A stretch of DNA of 32,000 bases from Candidatus Nanosynbacter lyticus (GTDB lineage Bacteria; Patescibacteriota; Saccharimonadia; Saccharimonadales; Saccharimonadaceae), in assembly GCF_000803625.1 (NCBI RefSeq), contig NZ_CP007496.1, positions 510,001 to 542,000 on the forward strand, given 5' to 3'. Within the stretch, counting starts at the first letter, position 1; the number at the start of each line of letters is the position of its first letter. The notes beneath the pieces were generated by a model, which saw only the letters and a list, made by a program, of their open reading frames with translations, had not been told where the DNA came from and made no database searches. The position numbers and the translations under genes were made by a program. Of the stretch, positions 9,428 through 18,932 are shown one piece after another.

Positions 9428-10846
9428 CTAAGAATCAACAACCGGTAAAACAGACTCAGCCCACAATTGCAATTCTTGCAAAATAAACTGTTGTTTGTCA
9501 GCTGCTGTCGGCGCTAACCGCTGCAGAGACGCCATAAACCCTGGCAGTTGCGCCTGCAAATACTGAGCCCGCCAGATTTCCCATTGTGCCAAATCATCTT
9601 CACTGAGTGAGCGCGGAAAATTACGTGCCTTGTAGTGCAGCAACAGCGGCGCTAACCGTTCGTCCTGAAATTCTGGATGAAAATCGGCCAGCTCACGCTC
9701 ATCAGCATTACGCACCGCCTCGACACGGATACGATCACGGTCGTTCAAAAAGCCATCATACAATTGCGCTTCTGGATCAGGCAATTTCTTGAAGGCTGGC
9801 TTGTTTTCAAAAATAGTCCGTAATTTTTCGGCAAAGTCCGGGTGATTCAGTAAAATATTTTGATGTTTCTGCACTGTCTTTAGATCAAGCGAAATCTTCT
9901 GCCAGCCATCGCCTTGTTCCAGCACACCCAGCGGCGCTACCGCCGGACAGCGATTGTACTGCAACTCTTTGACTGGCAATTTAACGAAATCTTCGGCCTG
10001 GCGCTCTTCCCACGAAGCAAAGATTTTCTTCGATAATTCTTCAGTACTCAGCTCAACAAACGGCGTCGGATCATAGCGCAGATCATAGACAACCACACCG
10101 CCGTTTCGACTGGTCGTCATTGGAAATGCCACCGTAGTTTTGGCAAATTCTTTATCGTAGCGCCCGCTGGCATAGACAAACGGTTTTTTGTCGTCCACAT
10201 TGACCAGTTGCTGGACTACTTTTTTATCGCGCATTTTCAGCAAATAATCATACAATTGCGGCTGCTTTTGCTTGATCAATTTCGTCACAGCGATCAGTGC
10301 TGTCACGTCCGCCAAAGCGTCATGAGCATTTTCGTGCGCAATACCGTTGGCGCTGGTGATCAGTTCCAGACGGTTGCTTGGCTCGCCCTTGTCATCAAGC
10401 GGCCACTTGATCCCCTCTGGCCTGAGTGCCCTGGTCAACCGAACTGCATCCAGCAAGTCCCAACGCGAGCGGCCGTCCTTCCAGCTCCACTCGTACGGAT
10501 CATGAAAATTACGCCACAACAAATGACGAATAAACTCGTCGTCGAACCGAATATTATTAAAACCAACCGCAATGGTGTCTGGCGTGAAAATTTCCTCACT
10601 GAGCATCCGGGCAAACTGCGCCTCGCTGTAGCCCTCCTCAACCGTTTTTTGCGGCGTGATGCCCGTCACCATCAGCGCATCAGGACTCGGCAAAGTATCA
10701 TCATTCAGCGTCACCAGCAGATTATAAGGCTCACCAATCGGCTCGAGATTCATGTCTGTCCGCTGCCCGGCAAACTGCATGATTCGGTCTTGCCGCGGAT
10801 TTAATCCGCTGGTTTCCAGGTCATAAAAGAAAAATGTTTGTGCCAT
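9428..10846 (-). CDS. sbcB: Exodeoxyribonuclease I
   Basis: FFFYDLETSGLNPRQDRIMQFAGQRTD, TGITPQ, VGFNNIRFDDEF and ENAHDALADVTALI (DEDDh exonuclease motifs in ExoI context). Confidence 0.93.
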   Translation of the reverse strand: MAQTFFFYDLETSGLNPRQDRIMQFAGQRTDMNLEPIGEPYNLLVTLNDDTLPSPDALMVTGITPQKTVEEGYSEAQFARMLSEEIFTPDTIAVGFNNIRFDDEFIRHLLWRNFHDPYEWSWKDGRSRWDLLDAVRLTRALRPEGIKWPLDDKGEPSNRLELITSANGIAHENAHDALADVTALIAVTKLIKQKQPQLYDYLLKMRDKKVVQQLVNVDDKKPFVYASGRYDKEFAKTTVAFPMTTSRNGGVVVYDLRYDPTPFVELSTEELSKKIFASWEERQAEDFVKLPVKELQYNRCPAVAPLGVLEQGDGWQKISLDLKTVQKHQNILLNHPDFAEKLRTIFENKPAFKKLPDPEAQLYDGFLNDRDRIRVEAVRNADERELADFHPEFQDERLAPLLLHYKARNFPRSLSEDDLAQWEIWRAQYLQAQLPGFMASLQRLAPTAADKQQFILQELQLWAESVLPVVDS

Positions 10847-10864
10847 GATTATAGTATAGCAAAC

Positions 10865-12187
<1,323 letters not shown>

Positions 12188-12190
12188 CTA

Positions 12191-12219
12191 ATTATACCAG
12201 AAAACACCCCATCAGTCGA
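12191..12219 (-). promoter_or_regulatory. Putative leaderless promoter of obgE
   Basis: Minus strand TCGACT - 17 nt - TATAAT (extended TGGTATAAT), 6 nt from the ATG. Confidence 0.55.
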
Positions 12220-12227
12220 CGGGGTGT
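12201..12227 (-). terminator. Candidate intrinsic terminator downstream of the LysM/CHAP gene
   Basis: Minus strand ACACCCC-10 nt-GGGGTGT stem (7 bp) followed by TTTT. The T-tract is short. Confidence 0.5.
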
Positions 12228-12250
12228 CGTATTGGTGTCATCTTAAAATT

Positions 12251-13471
12251 TTAGTGTATGAAGCTATAGCGGCCAACCTCAGCAAGCGGTATGGTACGAG
12301 AAGAAATAACATTGTAACCTGCATAGTTCATATCTGAAACATATATATTATGACCATCTACCCGCTCCACGATACCAACATGTCCGTAACCATAACCGCC
12401 CCAAGTGTTCTGAATAATAGCACCCGGCACTGGTGTATTATTAACTAAGAATCCAGCCGCACGAGCACTAGTATGCCAGGTGTTAGCGTTACCCCAGAAA
12501 CTACCAATTGGACGACCCAGCTGCAAGCGACGTTCGTAAGCATACCAAGTACAGTTACCAGCAGCATATCGGTTGCCAACAGATGCGGTCAGCCAGCTTC
12601 GGCTAGCACTAGTAGTAGACGATGATCCATGTCCATAAGAACCGTACCTACTATTACCATGTGACAATCTACCGCGTGGTGCTACATAGCCTGGACGTTC
12701 AGCCTCCGGCAGCTCACCTCCAGGTATCACAATACGCGCACCAGCAGTTAATTTTGATCCGTCATCAATATCGTTATATAGAACAACCCTCTCAGCGCTA
12801 GTCTTATACTTATCAGCCAAAGATTGCGCCGTATCACCATCCTTAACTGTATAAACAACACCATCAATCAGCGGAACAATAAGTGTCTTATTAGGCTCAA
12901 TAGCATCTGAGGTAGTATTATTTGCCCAACGAAGCGTCTGTGGAGAAATCTTAAACTTCTTTGCAATTTTCTCTATATTGTCACCCTCTTTAGTCACATA
13001 TGAAGAAATGCCACGCGCAGCAGATGTGTCAGGCTTCACAATATCAGGTTTTGTGATAACCTCAGAGTCATTCTGAGAAAGGTTTTTCTTAATCGTCAAT
13101 GAAGTCTCTGATTCACGCAAGTCACCAGCTGAAGGCAACTCTGCCGTCTCTGCCAAATTAGTCACAGCGCTAGCTGCCGCTAACTTATCCACTGAAACGG
13201 TTTTAGCTTTGACAACTCCAGATGCTGTCGATGTGCTCGTATTAGATACTTCAGCTGATGCTAAAGTTTTCGGCTTTTCAGCAACCGCATTATTACTACT
13301 GTTGCCGTAAACCAAAAATGATATAGTTAACAAAAATATTCCGCCGTAAACCGCGAACGATTGCAGCTTACGTTTCTTACCCCGAAGAGTTATAAAATGG
13401 TTACGAATAATCGTGCTCCTTGTATCAATGTTACCACTGATACTTCTACCCAATTGTCTTTCTTCTCGCAA
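12251..13471 (-). CDS. Membrane-anchored or secreted LysM-CHAP peptidoglycan hydrolase
   Basis: N-terminal hydrophobic segment, two LysM domains (YVTKEGDNIEKIAKKFKISPQTLRWANN; YTVKDGDTAQSLADKYKTSAERVVLYND), and a CHAP domain with YAAGNCTWYAYERR and GYGHVGIVERVDG. The start is uncertain (the annotated start is TTG). Confidence 0.87.
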   Translation of the reverse strand: MREERQLGRSISGNIDTRSTIIRNHFITLRGKKRKLQSFAVYGGIFLLTISFLVYGNSSNNAVAEKPKTLASAEVSNTSTSTASGVVKAKTVSVDKLAAASAVTNLAETAELPSAGDLRESETSLTIKKNLSQNDSEVITKPDIVKPDTSAARGISSYVTKEGDNIEKIAKKFKISPQTLRWANNTTSDAIEPNKTLIVPLIDGVVYTVKDGDTAQSLADKYKTSAERVVLYNDIDDGSKLTAGARIVIPGGELPEAERPGYVAPRGRLSHGNSRYGSYGHGSSSTTSASRSWLTASVGNRYAAGNCTWYAYERRLQLGRPIGSFWGNANTWHTSARAAGFLVNNTPVPGAIIQNTWGGYGYGHVGIVERVDGHNIYVSDMNYAGYNVISSRTIPLAEVGRYSFIH

Positions 13472-13606
13472 TAGAACAGGATATGTTGTCGACCTAATTG
13501 ATTATTATATTCTACATTAGTTTTGCTATATCCGTAGCGACAATTTTGGTAGGTCATTTACCATAATTTACCCTTATTGATAAATTAGACAAACGATCTA
13601 CATTCC

Positions 13607-13635
13607 ATTTTACACAACATTGACAATAAAGTCAA
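13607..13635 (-). promoter_or_regulatory. Putative promoter for the LysM-CHAP gene
   Basis: Minus strand TTGACT - 17 nt - TAAAAT, predicting a leader of about 130 nt. Confidence 0.45.
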
Positions 13636-13659
13636 TAAATTTTATAAGATGTGATTTTG

Positions 13660-14736
13660 TCAAGAAATCTGACATTTTTTCTGACAATGAGCCTTAATAT
13701 TAGCCTCGTGTTCTTCGTTTGTCTTCGCAAAATACGTCACATCATCATCACCACTCAGGAAGTAAAGGTAGTTAGAATTTGCTGGATTAGCTGCGGCATC
13801 TAGAGCGCTCAAGCTAGGTGTAGCAATAGGCCCAGGCGGCAAGCCTTTTTGGATGCGCGTATTATAAGGCGACTTTAGGCTTGGCGAACGCTCTAAGCCA
13901 TTTTTATCAGCAATATATTGATAGGTGACATCCGAGCCCAGTTCCATATTCGCCTTCAGACGATTATAAAAAACACTAGCAATCTTTCGCTGGTCCTCGC
14001 AAGTCTCAGCCCCAGAACCACAGCCAATCGACTCCCGCTGAATAATTGACGCCAGCGTAATTCCCTGATACAGCGTTAGTCCACGATCCTTAAATTTCTC
14101 TTCAAGGTTGTACTTTTTCACTATTTTTTCAAACTGATTTATCGACCGCTTTAAGACCTGCTCGACAGTTTCATCTAAAGAAATATAGAACGTTTCTCCA
14201 TAAATATAACCTTCAAGACTGGTATTATCTGGTTTACCAGCAAAAACCGAGCTACTATATTTAGCGGCAAAGGCCTTCTTTATCTGCTCTTTTGAGAAGC
14301 CGGCTTTCAATAATACAGATTCGACTTCTCTGCCATCAGAATTGTTTATCTTTTTATCTAAAGACGCACCAGGATAAAAAGTTATAGCAACCTCATCGGA
14401 CTTACCACTTGTTAAATGACCAACTATTTCACTAACAGACTGAGATGGCTTTACTGAATAAACACCGGCCTTAAATTTCCCCCCCGAATTATGGAGTCTT
14501 GTATAAATTGAAAAAGCTAATGAATTCTTGATAATCTTCTTGTCCTCCAGAATTTTAGCAATATCACTAGAACCCATGCCTTCTTTAATATTAATCCTTA
14601 CAGTTTGCTGGGCGTACACATCAAAAGGCGAAAGCATTTGTTTATACCAGATAGTTGCACCCAAAGCACTCAAGCCTAAAATTGCCACAATAATTGATAG
14701 CACCAATAGCCAGACACGTCGTTTACGAATTTTCAT
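13660..14736 (-). CDS. mltG: Endolytic transglycosylase MltG (YceG-like)
   Basis: N-terminal TM, INIKEGMGSSDIAKIL, SLEGYIYGETFYI, GITLASIIQRES, YNTRIQKGLPPGPIATPSLSALDAAANPANSNYLYFLSG. SD GGAGGA, which lies within the end of ruvX. Confidence 0.95.
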   Translation of the reverse strand: MKIRKRRVWLLVLSIIVAILGLSALGATIWYKQMLSPFDVYAQQTVRINIKEGMGSSDIAKILEDKKIIKNSLAFSIYTRLHNSGGKFKAGVYSVKPSQSVSEIVGHLTSGKSDEVAITFYPGASLDKKINNSDGREVESVLLKAGFSKEQIKKAFAAKYSSSVFAGKPDNTSLEGYIYGETFYISLDETVEQVLKRSINQFEKIVKKYNLEEKFKDRGLTLYQGITLASIIQRESIGCGSGAETCEDQRKIASVFYNRLKANMELGSDVTYQYIADKNGLERSPSLKSPYNTRIQKGLPPGPIATPSLSALDAAANPANSNYLYFLSGDDDVTYFAKTNEEHEANIKAHCQKKCQIS

Positions 14737-15136
14737 ACTTTTCCTCCAAGAAATCCTGCAAAATTATACTAGCAGCCTCTGCGTCGATCTCACCCTTATC
14801 CTTAATTTTATTTCCTAATCTTTGTTCGGCCTGCACGCTTGTTAGCGATTCATCCTGAAAAACAATTTCCGTATCCAGCTCAATGTCGGCAAACTGCTTA
14901 ACAAAATCCTCCACAAATTGCGTCTGCTTAGTTGGCTCACCAGACTGGTTGCGCGGATATCCCACTACGATTACATCAATATCATGTCGCAATACCAATT
15001 CTGTTATTTCTTGGATAATTTTTTCGCTATTCTCCAGCCAACCAAACGGCACTGCAATTTTCACTTGCGAGTCTGCCATCGCCAAACCAATCCGTCGCTC
15101 ACCGACGTCTAGAGCCAGAAAGTTCTTACTTGACAT
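14723..15136 (-). CDS. ruvX: Holliday junction resolvase-like protein RuvX/YqgF
   Basis: FLALDVGERRIGLAMAD, VVGYPRNQSGEPTKQT, FQDESLTSVQAE and DAEAASIILQDFL. Confidence 0.92.
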   Translation of the reverse strand: MSSKNFLALDVGERRIGLAMADSQVKIAVPFGWLENSEKIIQEITELVLRHDIDVIVVGYPRNQSGEPTKQTQFVEDFVKQFADIELDTEIVFQDESLTSVQAEQRLGNKIKDKGEIDAEAASIILQDFLEEKYENS

Positions 15137-16751
15137 CTTTTATCTTAAATTCAACATTTATCTTATTGATGTCTTTTGGTACCGATTTAACCCAAAATGG
15201 CGAAAACTTAACATCAACGTCCTCAACTCCGTTAATCGACTCAATGGCCGACTGTACTTCACCGTAGCTCTTACCTTTGGCCTGGTCCTTGACGCTTTCC
15301 TCTTTAATATCAGGGCCGACTTTACCATTGGCAGTCAAGCGAACAGTTTGGGCGTTTCGAGCGTTAGCAAATTGAGAAAATGCCGCCTTCTCAACACCGT
15401 TATCGTAAATTCTCTGGGCTTTTTTACCGGAAATCTCGTCCTTTAGCTTCGACTCTATAAAATTCTTCAATTCATTCTTATCAACCGCTAGCATATTTGC
15501 AGTGATTGTGGATTTTAGAGTCACCGCGCCAGTCGCCTCTCCGTCGACCGCTACACTTGAGCTAGGATCTGAGCGATTTTCAGCATAACTTTCCGTAATT
15601 GTCTTCATAGAATTACCAAATGAAGCAATCAGCTGCTCTTTCAGGCCTTCGATCTTCTTATCGCTAAGCTTGTTTTTTGCCGCTTCTATGTCACTAGCCG
15701 TTACGACCGTTGCCGTTTTATCAGTACCACCGCTAGTAGCAGACCGCAAGGACGCGGAAATATCATCAACCGAAATACTCATACTGCCAGTGGCAGCATT
15801 ATACTGAGCTCCGCCCTCACTAGCGGTAATTGCGCCAGAAGCAGAACCCGGGCAAATATATCCTGGACAATTACGCTGATAAGAGCCGCCTGGAACAGTC
15901 ACAGAAGAATTTAAGGTGTAAGATAACCCACTATTCTTTAAAACCGTACCAGCTGCAATAGTAACACTATCTGGGGAAACATTCTTAAAAACCACCACTC
16001 CGGTCGCCTTTTCGCCAACGTTCTTCTTGCCCGTAGCAGAAAATTCAACACTGACTTCCTTAGCTATTTCCTTCTTAATTGACTTGATGACATTGGATTT
16101 AGCGTTCGTAGCAGCATTTTCGCTTAAGCTAACCGTATCACTCACCGTCATGCTGGTAGTTTTCGCAGAAATAATAACCGTAGCATGCGGCGCAAACCAA
16201 ATTGCCCAGACTAAAAACACTCCAAACAAAAGCACTCCGCCACCAATTAGCAAAAACTTCTTACGAAACGCACTAAAATTAGGGACTTTTGGCTTTTTAA
16301 CCATGTTTTTTAGAGAAGTTAAGCCCTTAGACTCCTTCTCGTTTGCAGCGGCAATAGTACTGTCTATTGCGGCGTCATTATCTGATGACTTTTTTGCAGC
16401 CTCAGCCATATCACCGACAGCCAACTTACCACCATCAATAACATCACTTTCATCATCAACTTTTAGGGCTGGAATTTCCGCAATTTCCGGTTTACTCTGG
16501 AGCGTTTTTGCTACGGGGATTTTTGCCGCGGCAGCCAAACCAGCCAGAACCGAATCATTTGTAATAATTACTATCGTTTTATCGGCAGATTTTGCCGCCC
16601 GTGACAACAATCTTATGTTAACCGCGCTCTGCAAAATACCAGTCCGCCTAGGCGGCACCAGCGCAATTATCCGCTGTTTTGACGCTTTAATCTTACCAAT
16701 TATGGTGGTAATATCGTCTTCTATATCGATATAAATAACGTCTTTGTTCAT
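15126..16751 (-). CDS. Single-pass membrane protein of unknown function, possibly baseplate-J-like in its C-terminal half
   Basis: Long ORF with N-terminal globular region (DIEDDITTIIGKIKASKQRIIALVPPRRTG), low-complexity linker, TM (FLLIGGGVLLFGVFLVWAIWFAP), and a beta-rich extracytoplasmic part. The family name is from memory of related CPR proteins. Confidence 0.6.
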   Translation of the reverse strand: MNKDVIYIDIEDDITTIIGKIKASKQRIIALVPPRRTGILQSAVNIRLLSRAAKSADKTIVIITNDSVLAGLAAAAKIPVAKTLQSKPEIAEIPALKVDDESDVIDGGKLAVGDMAEAAKKSSDNDAAIDSTIAAANEKESKGLTSLKNMVKKPKVPNFSAFRKKFLLIGGGVLLFGVFLVWAIWFAPHATVIISAKTTSMTVSDTVSLSENAATNAKSNVIKSIKKEIAKEVSVEFSATGKKNVGEKATGVVVFKNVSPDSVTIAAGTVLKNSGLSYTLNSSVTVPGGSYQRNCPGYICPGSASGAITASEGGAQYNAATGSMSISVDDISASLRSATSGGTDKTATVVTASDIEAAKNKLSDKKIEGLKEQLIASFGNSMKTITESYAENRSDPSSSVAVDGEATGAVTLKSTITANMLAVDKNELKNFIESKLKDEISGKKAQRIYDNGVEKAAFSQFANARNAQTVRLTANGKVGPDIKEESVKDQAKGKSYGEVQSAIESINGVEDVDVKFSPFWVKSVPKDINKINVEFKIKDVK

Positions 16752-16752
16752 C

Positions 16753-18015
16753 TTAAATCTTTAATAACCTGTTTACTTTTTCAACTAAACTATTACCGCC
16801 CTGGCTACCGATAATTGTATCATAGCCAACCCTTAATAGTCCCATAGCCGTGACAAATGTATGGTCGCTAGCATCGCCAGTTTCATCGACTATTCCTGTT
16901 ACGTCACTTGGATTAATATACTGGATGACAGGCTTTTTAGTAAAAGGTAAGTCCTCTGGCCATTGTCGCTCCTTAAGAGCTTCGGTAATCTTCTTTAGGC
17001 TAGAGCCGCCGCCACATAATAAAATCCTATTTGGCAAATAATCAACATTATCAAAATCCCCGAGAGCTAACTCAACACCAGACAGCCAGACCTCCAGGGT
17101 TTTATCAATTGCAGCGTCAACCTTTTTCTTTACCGTAGGCTTTAACTTGTCATGATCAATATTTAGCTTCAGTTTTTCTGCATCCTTAAAACTTAAGTCC
17201 AAATCAGCCGCAATTGTCCGCGTGAAGCTCCGGCCACCAATACCAAACATTTTCGTTCCCTCAACGCCGCCGTCGTTGACCACTGCGATGTCAGTCGTAC
17301 CACCGCCGATATCTGCCAAAATGGCTGTAAAATTGCTATCGGTATCTGAGCCCAGAACGCTACGGCTCACCGCGAACGGCTCAGCTGCCACTGCCACCAA
17401 GTCCAGAGCTAGTTCATCAGCCACCTTTTCCAGAGCCCCAATATGAACCATCGGTGCAAATGCCGTATAAATCTGCACTGCCACATCCCTACCCTGAAAA
17501 CCAATTGGGTTTGAAACCTTATAGCCGTCAATATGAATGCTCACCAACGCCGAATTAACTAACTTCACTTCAACATCGGCATTGCCAGTCTCCAGAGCGA
17601 TTTGCGCCTGAGCTTTACCTTGAGCTCGCTCCTGCACCTTCTCAATAATAAATTCCATTTCTGCGACGTCTAGTGGTTTATTTGGCTGCGGACGACGATA
17701 GCGGATAGTATTAGTTACACCTTTGACTAGCTCACCAGCAATACCAATAACAACTCGCTTGCCCTGAACTCCAGCCTGATCTTCCGCCTCAGATAAAGCG
17801 TCCTCGCAGTTGGCCACCACTCCGGCAATATCAGCAATTGCGCCAGTATGCATATCGCCCATTTCCTGCTGCTTACGACCAACGCCAATAATCTTCAGCT
17901 CGTCGTCTTTGACTTCAGCAATTAACGCCTTAACCACCTCAGTACCGATGTCCAAACTAACCAATAGCTCGCGATTATCTTTATCAGACTTCTTTAACAT
18001 ATCTTTCAATGCCAT
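16753..18015 (-). CDS. Actin-fold ATPase of the FtsA/PilM type
   Basis: LLVSLDIGTEVVKALIAEV, DIGGGTTDIAVV, GRSFTRTIAADL, and ILLCGGGSSLKKITEAL. Start taken at ATG 18015 (MALKDMLKK) because a promoter sits inside the longer TTG-initiated ORF (to 18111). Confidence 0.82.
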   Translation of the reverse strand: MALKDMLKKSDKDNRELLVSLDIGTEVVKALIAEVKDDELKIIGVGRKQQEMGDMHTGAIADIAGVVANCEDALSEAEDQAGVQGKRVVIGIAGELVKGVTNTIRYRRPQPNKPLDVAEMEFIIEKVQERAQGKAQAQIALETGNADVEVKLVNSALVSIHIDGYKVSNPIGFQGRDVAVQIYTAFAPMVHIGALEKVADELALDLVAVAAEPFAVSRSVLGSDTDSNFTAILADIGGGTTDIAVVNDGGVEGTKMFGIGGRSFTRTIAADLDLSFKDAEKLKLNIDHDKLKPTVKKKVDAAIDKTLEVWLSGVELALGDFDNVDYLPNRILLCGGGSSLKKITEALKERQWPEDLPFTKKPVIQYINPSDVTGIVDETGDASDHTFVTAMGLLRVGYDTIIGSQGGNSLVEKVNRLLKI

Positions 18016-18024
18016 ATACGAATT

Positions 18025-18053
18025 ATTATATAACGCTTGTGATTTTGAGGCAA
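18025..18053 (-). promoter_or_regulatory. Putative promoter of the FtsA/PilM-like gene, near-leaderless
   Basis: Minus strand TTGCCT - 17 nt - TATAAT, 9 nt from ATG 18015. Confidence 0.6.
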
Positions 18054-18057
18054 CAGA

Positions 18058-18086
18058 TTGACGTATTTTATTTTTAATGTTATAAT
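18058..18086 (+). promoter_or_regulatory. Putative leaderless promoter of the 18093 gene
   Basis: TTGACG - 17 nt - TATAAT (extended TGTTATAAT), 6 nt from ATG 18093. Confidence 0.65.
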
Positions 18087-18092
18087 AGAGCA

Positions 18093-18932
18093 ATGTATAA
18101 TATTCTGCCAAAAACTATTCATGAACAGCCGCTCTCTCCCGAAACAAGCAGTGCTATATTTAGTGCAGCGGTAAATCTACTAAGATACGCCGAACCAAGC
18201 GAGACATCTACAGAAGTCATTGGCTTAGATTTCGGCAGGTACAGAGAGGGACACCTGGATGCTAAAATTAGACTAGCAGGAGACGTAGCGCTTCTGGGGA
18301 CCTACCTGCGGTATCATCAAAAAGACAGAATAGTCGAGACAAAACTAGGCGCAGACAATAAATGGGATAGCGGAATTACATCAAGAAAAAATATTACAAA
18401 TTGGTTCTGCAGTATTTGCCCATTTGACGTCGATGCAGACCCGATAAGAAGGTTAGCCTCAAACGATGAGACATTTTCAAATGGACAATTAGTACAATCT
18501 ATAGCAGACATCATAGCCTCATTTCCAAAAGAAAATGTACGCACAGATTCTGTATTCTATAATCAAAACCCGGAGATTTATGAGGTAACGGATGATATTG
18601 CAGGCGACGGAAAAGTAAGAATTGATAATGGACTGTATAGAATCGGTGGCACTGAAAGCAAGCTCGAAATAGTCGAACTTAATAGATTGCCAGTAAAAGT
18701 GCGGTATAGTATATCCACCCCTTATGAACACGACGGCATTGAAACTAGTATGATATTAGACGTGACAATAGGTGCACTAGGCAAAGGAGCGTTATCATGC
18801 CATTTCTACAACCCAGTAGGTGGACGTAGGCACAATATTACGCCTAAAGATATATGCCAACTTGAAAGAGAAATAATTGAAGACGTCGAAGCAATGGCGG
18901 CAGATAAACTATCTATCGCAAAACAGCTTTAA
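18093..18932 (+). CDS. Hypothetical protein, 279 aa
   Basis: Open frame with a good promoter abutting the ATG. No family recognised and no obvious signal peptide or TM. Confidence 0.72.
   Translation: MYNILPKTIHEQPLSPETSSAIFSAAVNLLRYAEPSETSTEVIGLDFGRYREGHLDAKIRLAGDVALLGTYLRYHQKDRIVETKLGADNKWDSGITSRKNITNWFCSICPFDVDADPIRRLASNDETFSNGQLVQSIADIIASFPKENVRTDSVFYNQNPEIYEVTDDIAGDGKVRIDNGLYRIGGTESKLEIVELNRLPVKVRYSISTPYEHDGIETSMILDVTIGALGKGALSCHFYNPVGGRRHNITPKDICQLEREIIEDVEAMAADKLSIAKQL

Noticed and set aside
10208-10804. 198-aa plus-strand ORF opposite sbcB
   Set aside because: Long, but entirely antisense to ExoI with conserved motifs. Composition is rich in His, Pro and Arg, as expected of a shadow frame.
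14883-15446. 187-aa plus-strand ORF antisense to ruvX and the 541-aa gene
   Set aside because: It spans the junction of two supported minus-strand genes, with no SD or domain.
16027-16734. 235-aa plus-strand ORF
   Set aside because: Complement of the low-complexity, Ala/Ser-rich part of the 541-aa membrane protein; a shadow ORF.
15126-16751. Reading the baseplate-J-like protein as part of a phage tail or contractile injection system
   Set aside because: No sheath, tube, spike, AAA ATPase or tail-fibre neighbours in the window. The context is RuvX, MltG and an FtsA/PilM-like protein.
18016-18111. Track's 32-aa N-terminal extension (TTG start at 18111) of the FtsA/PilM-like protein
   Set aside because: The extension overlaps two strong divergent promoters, and the ATG at 18015 is correctly placed relative to its -10.
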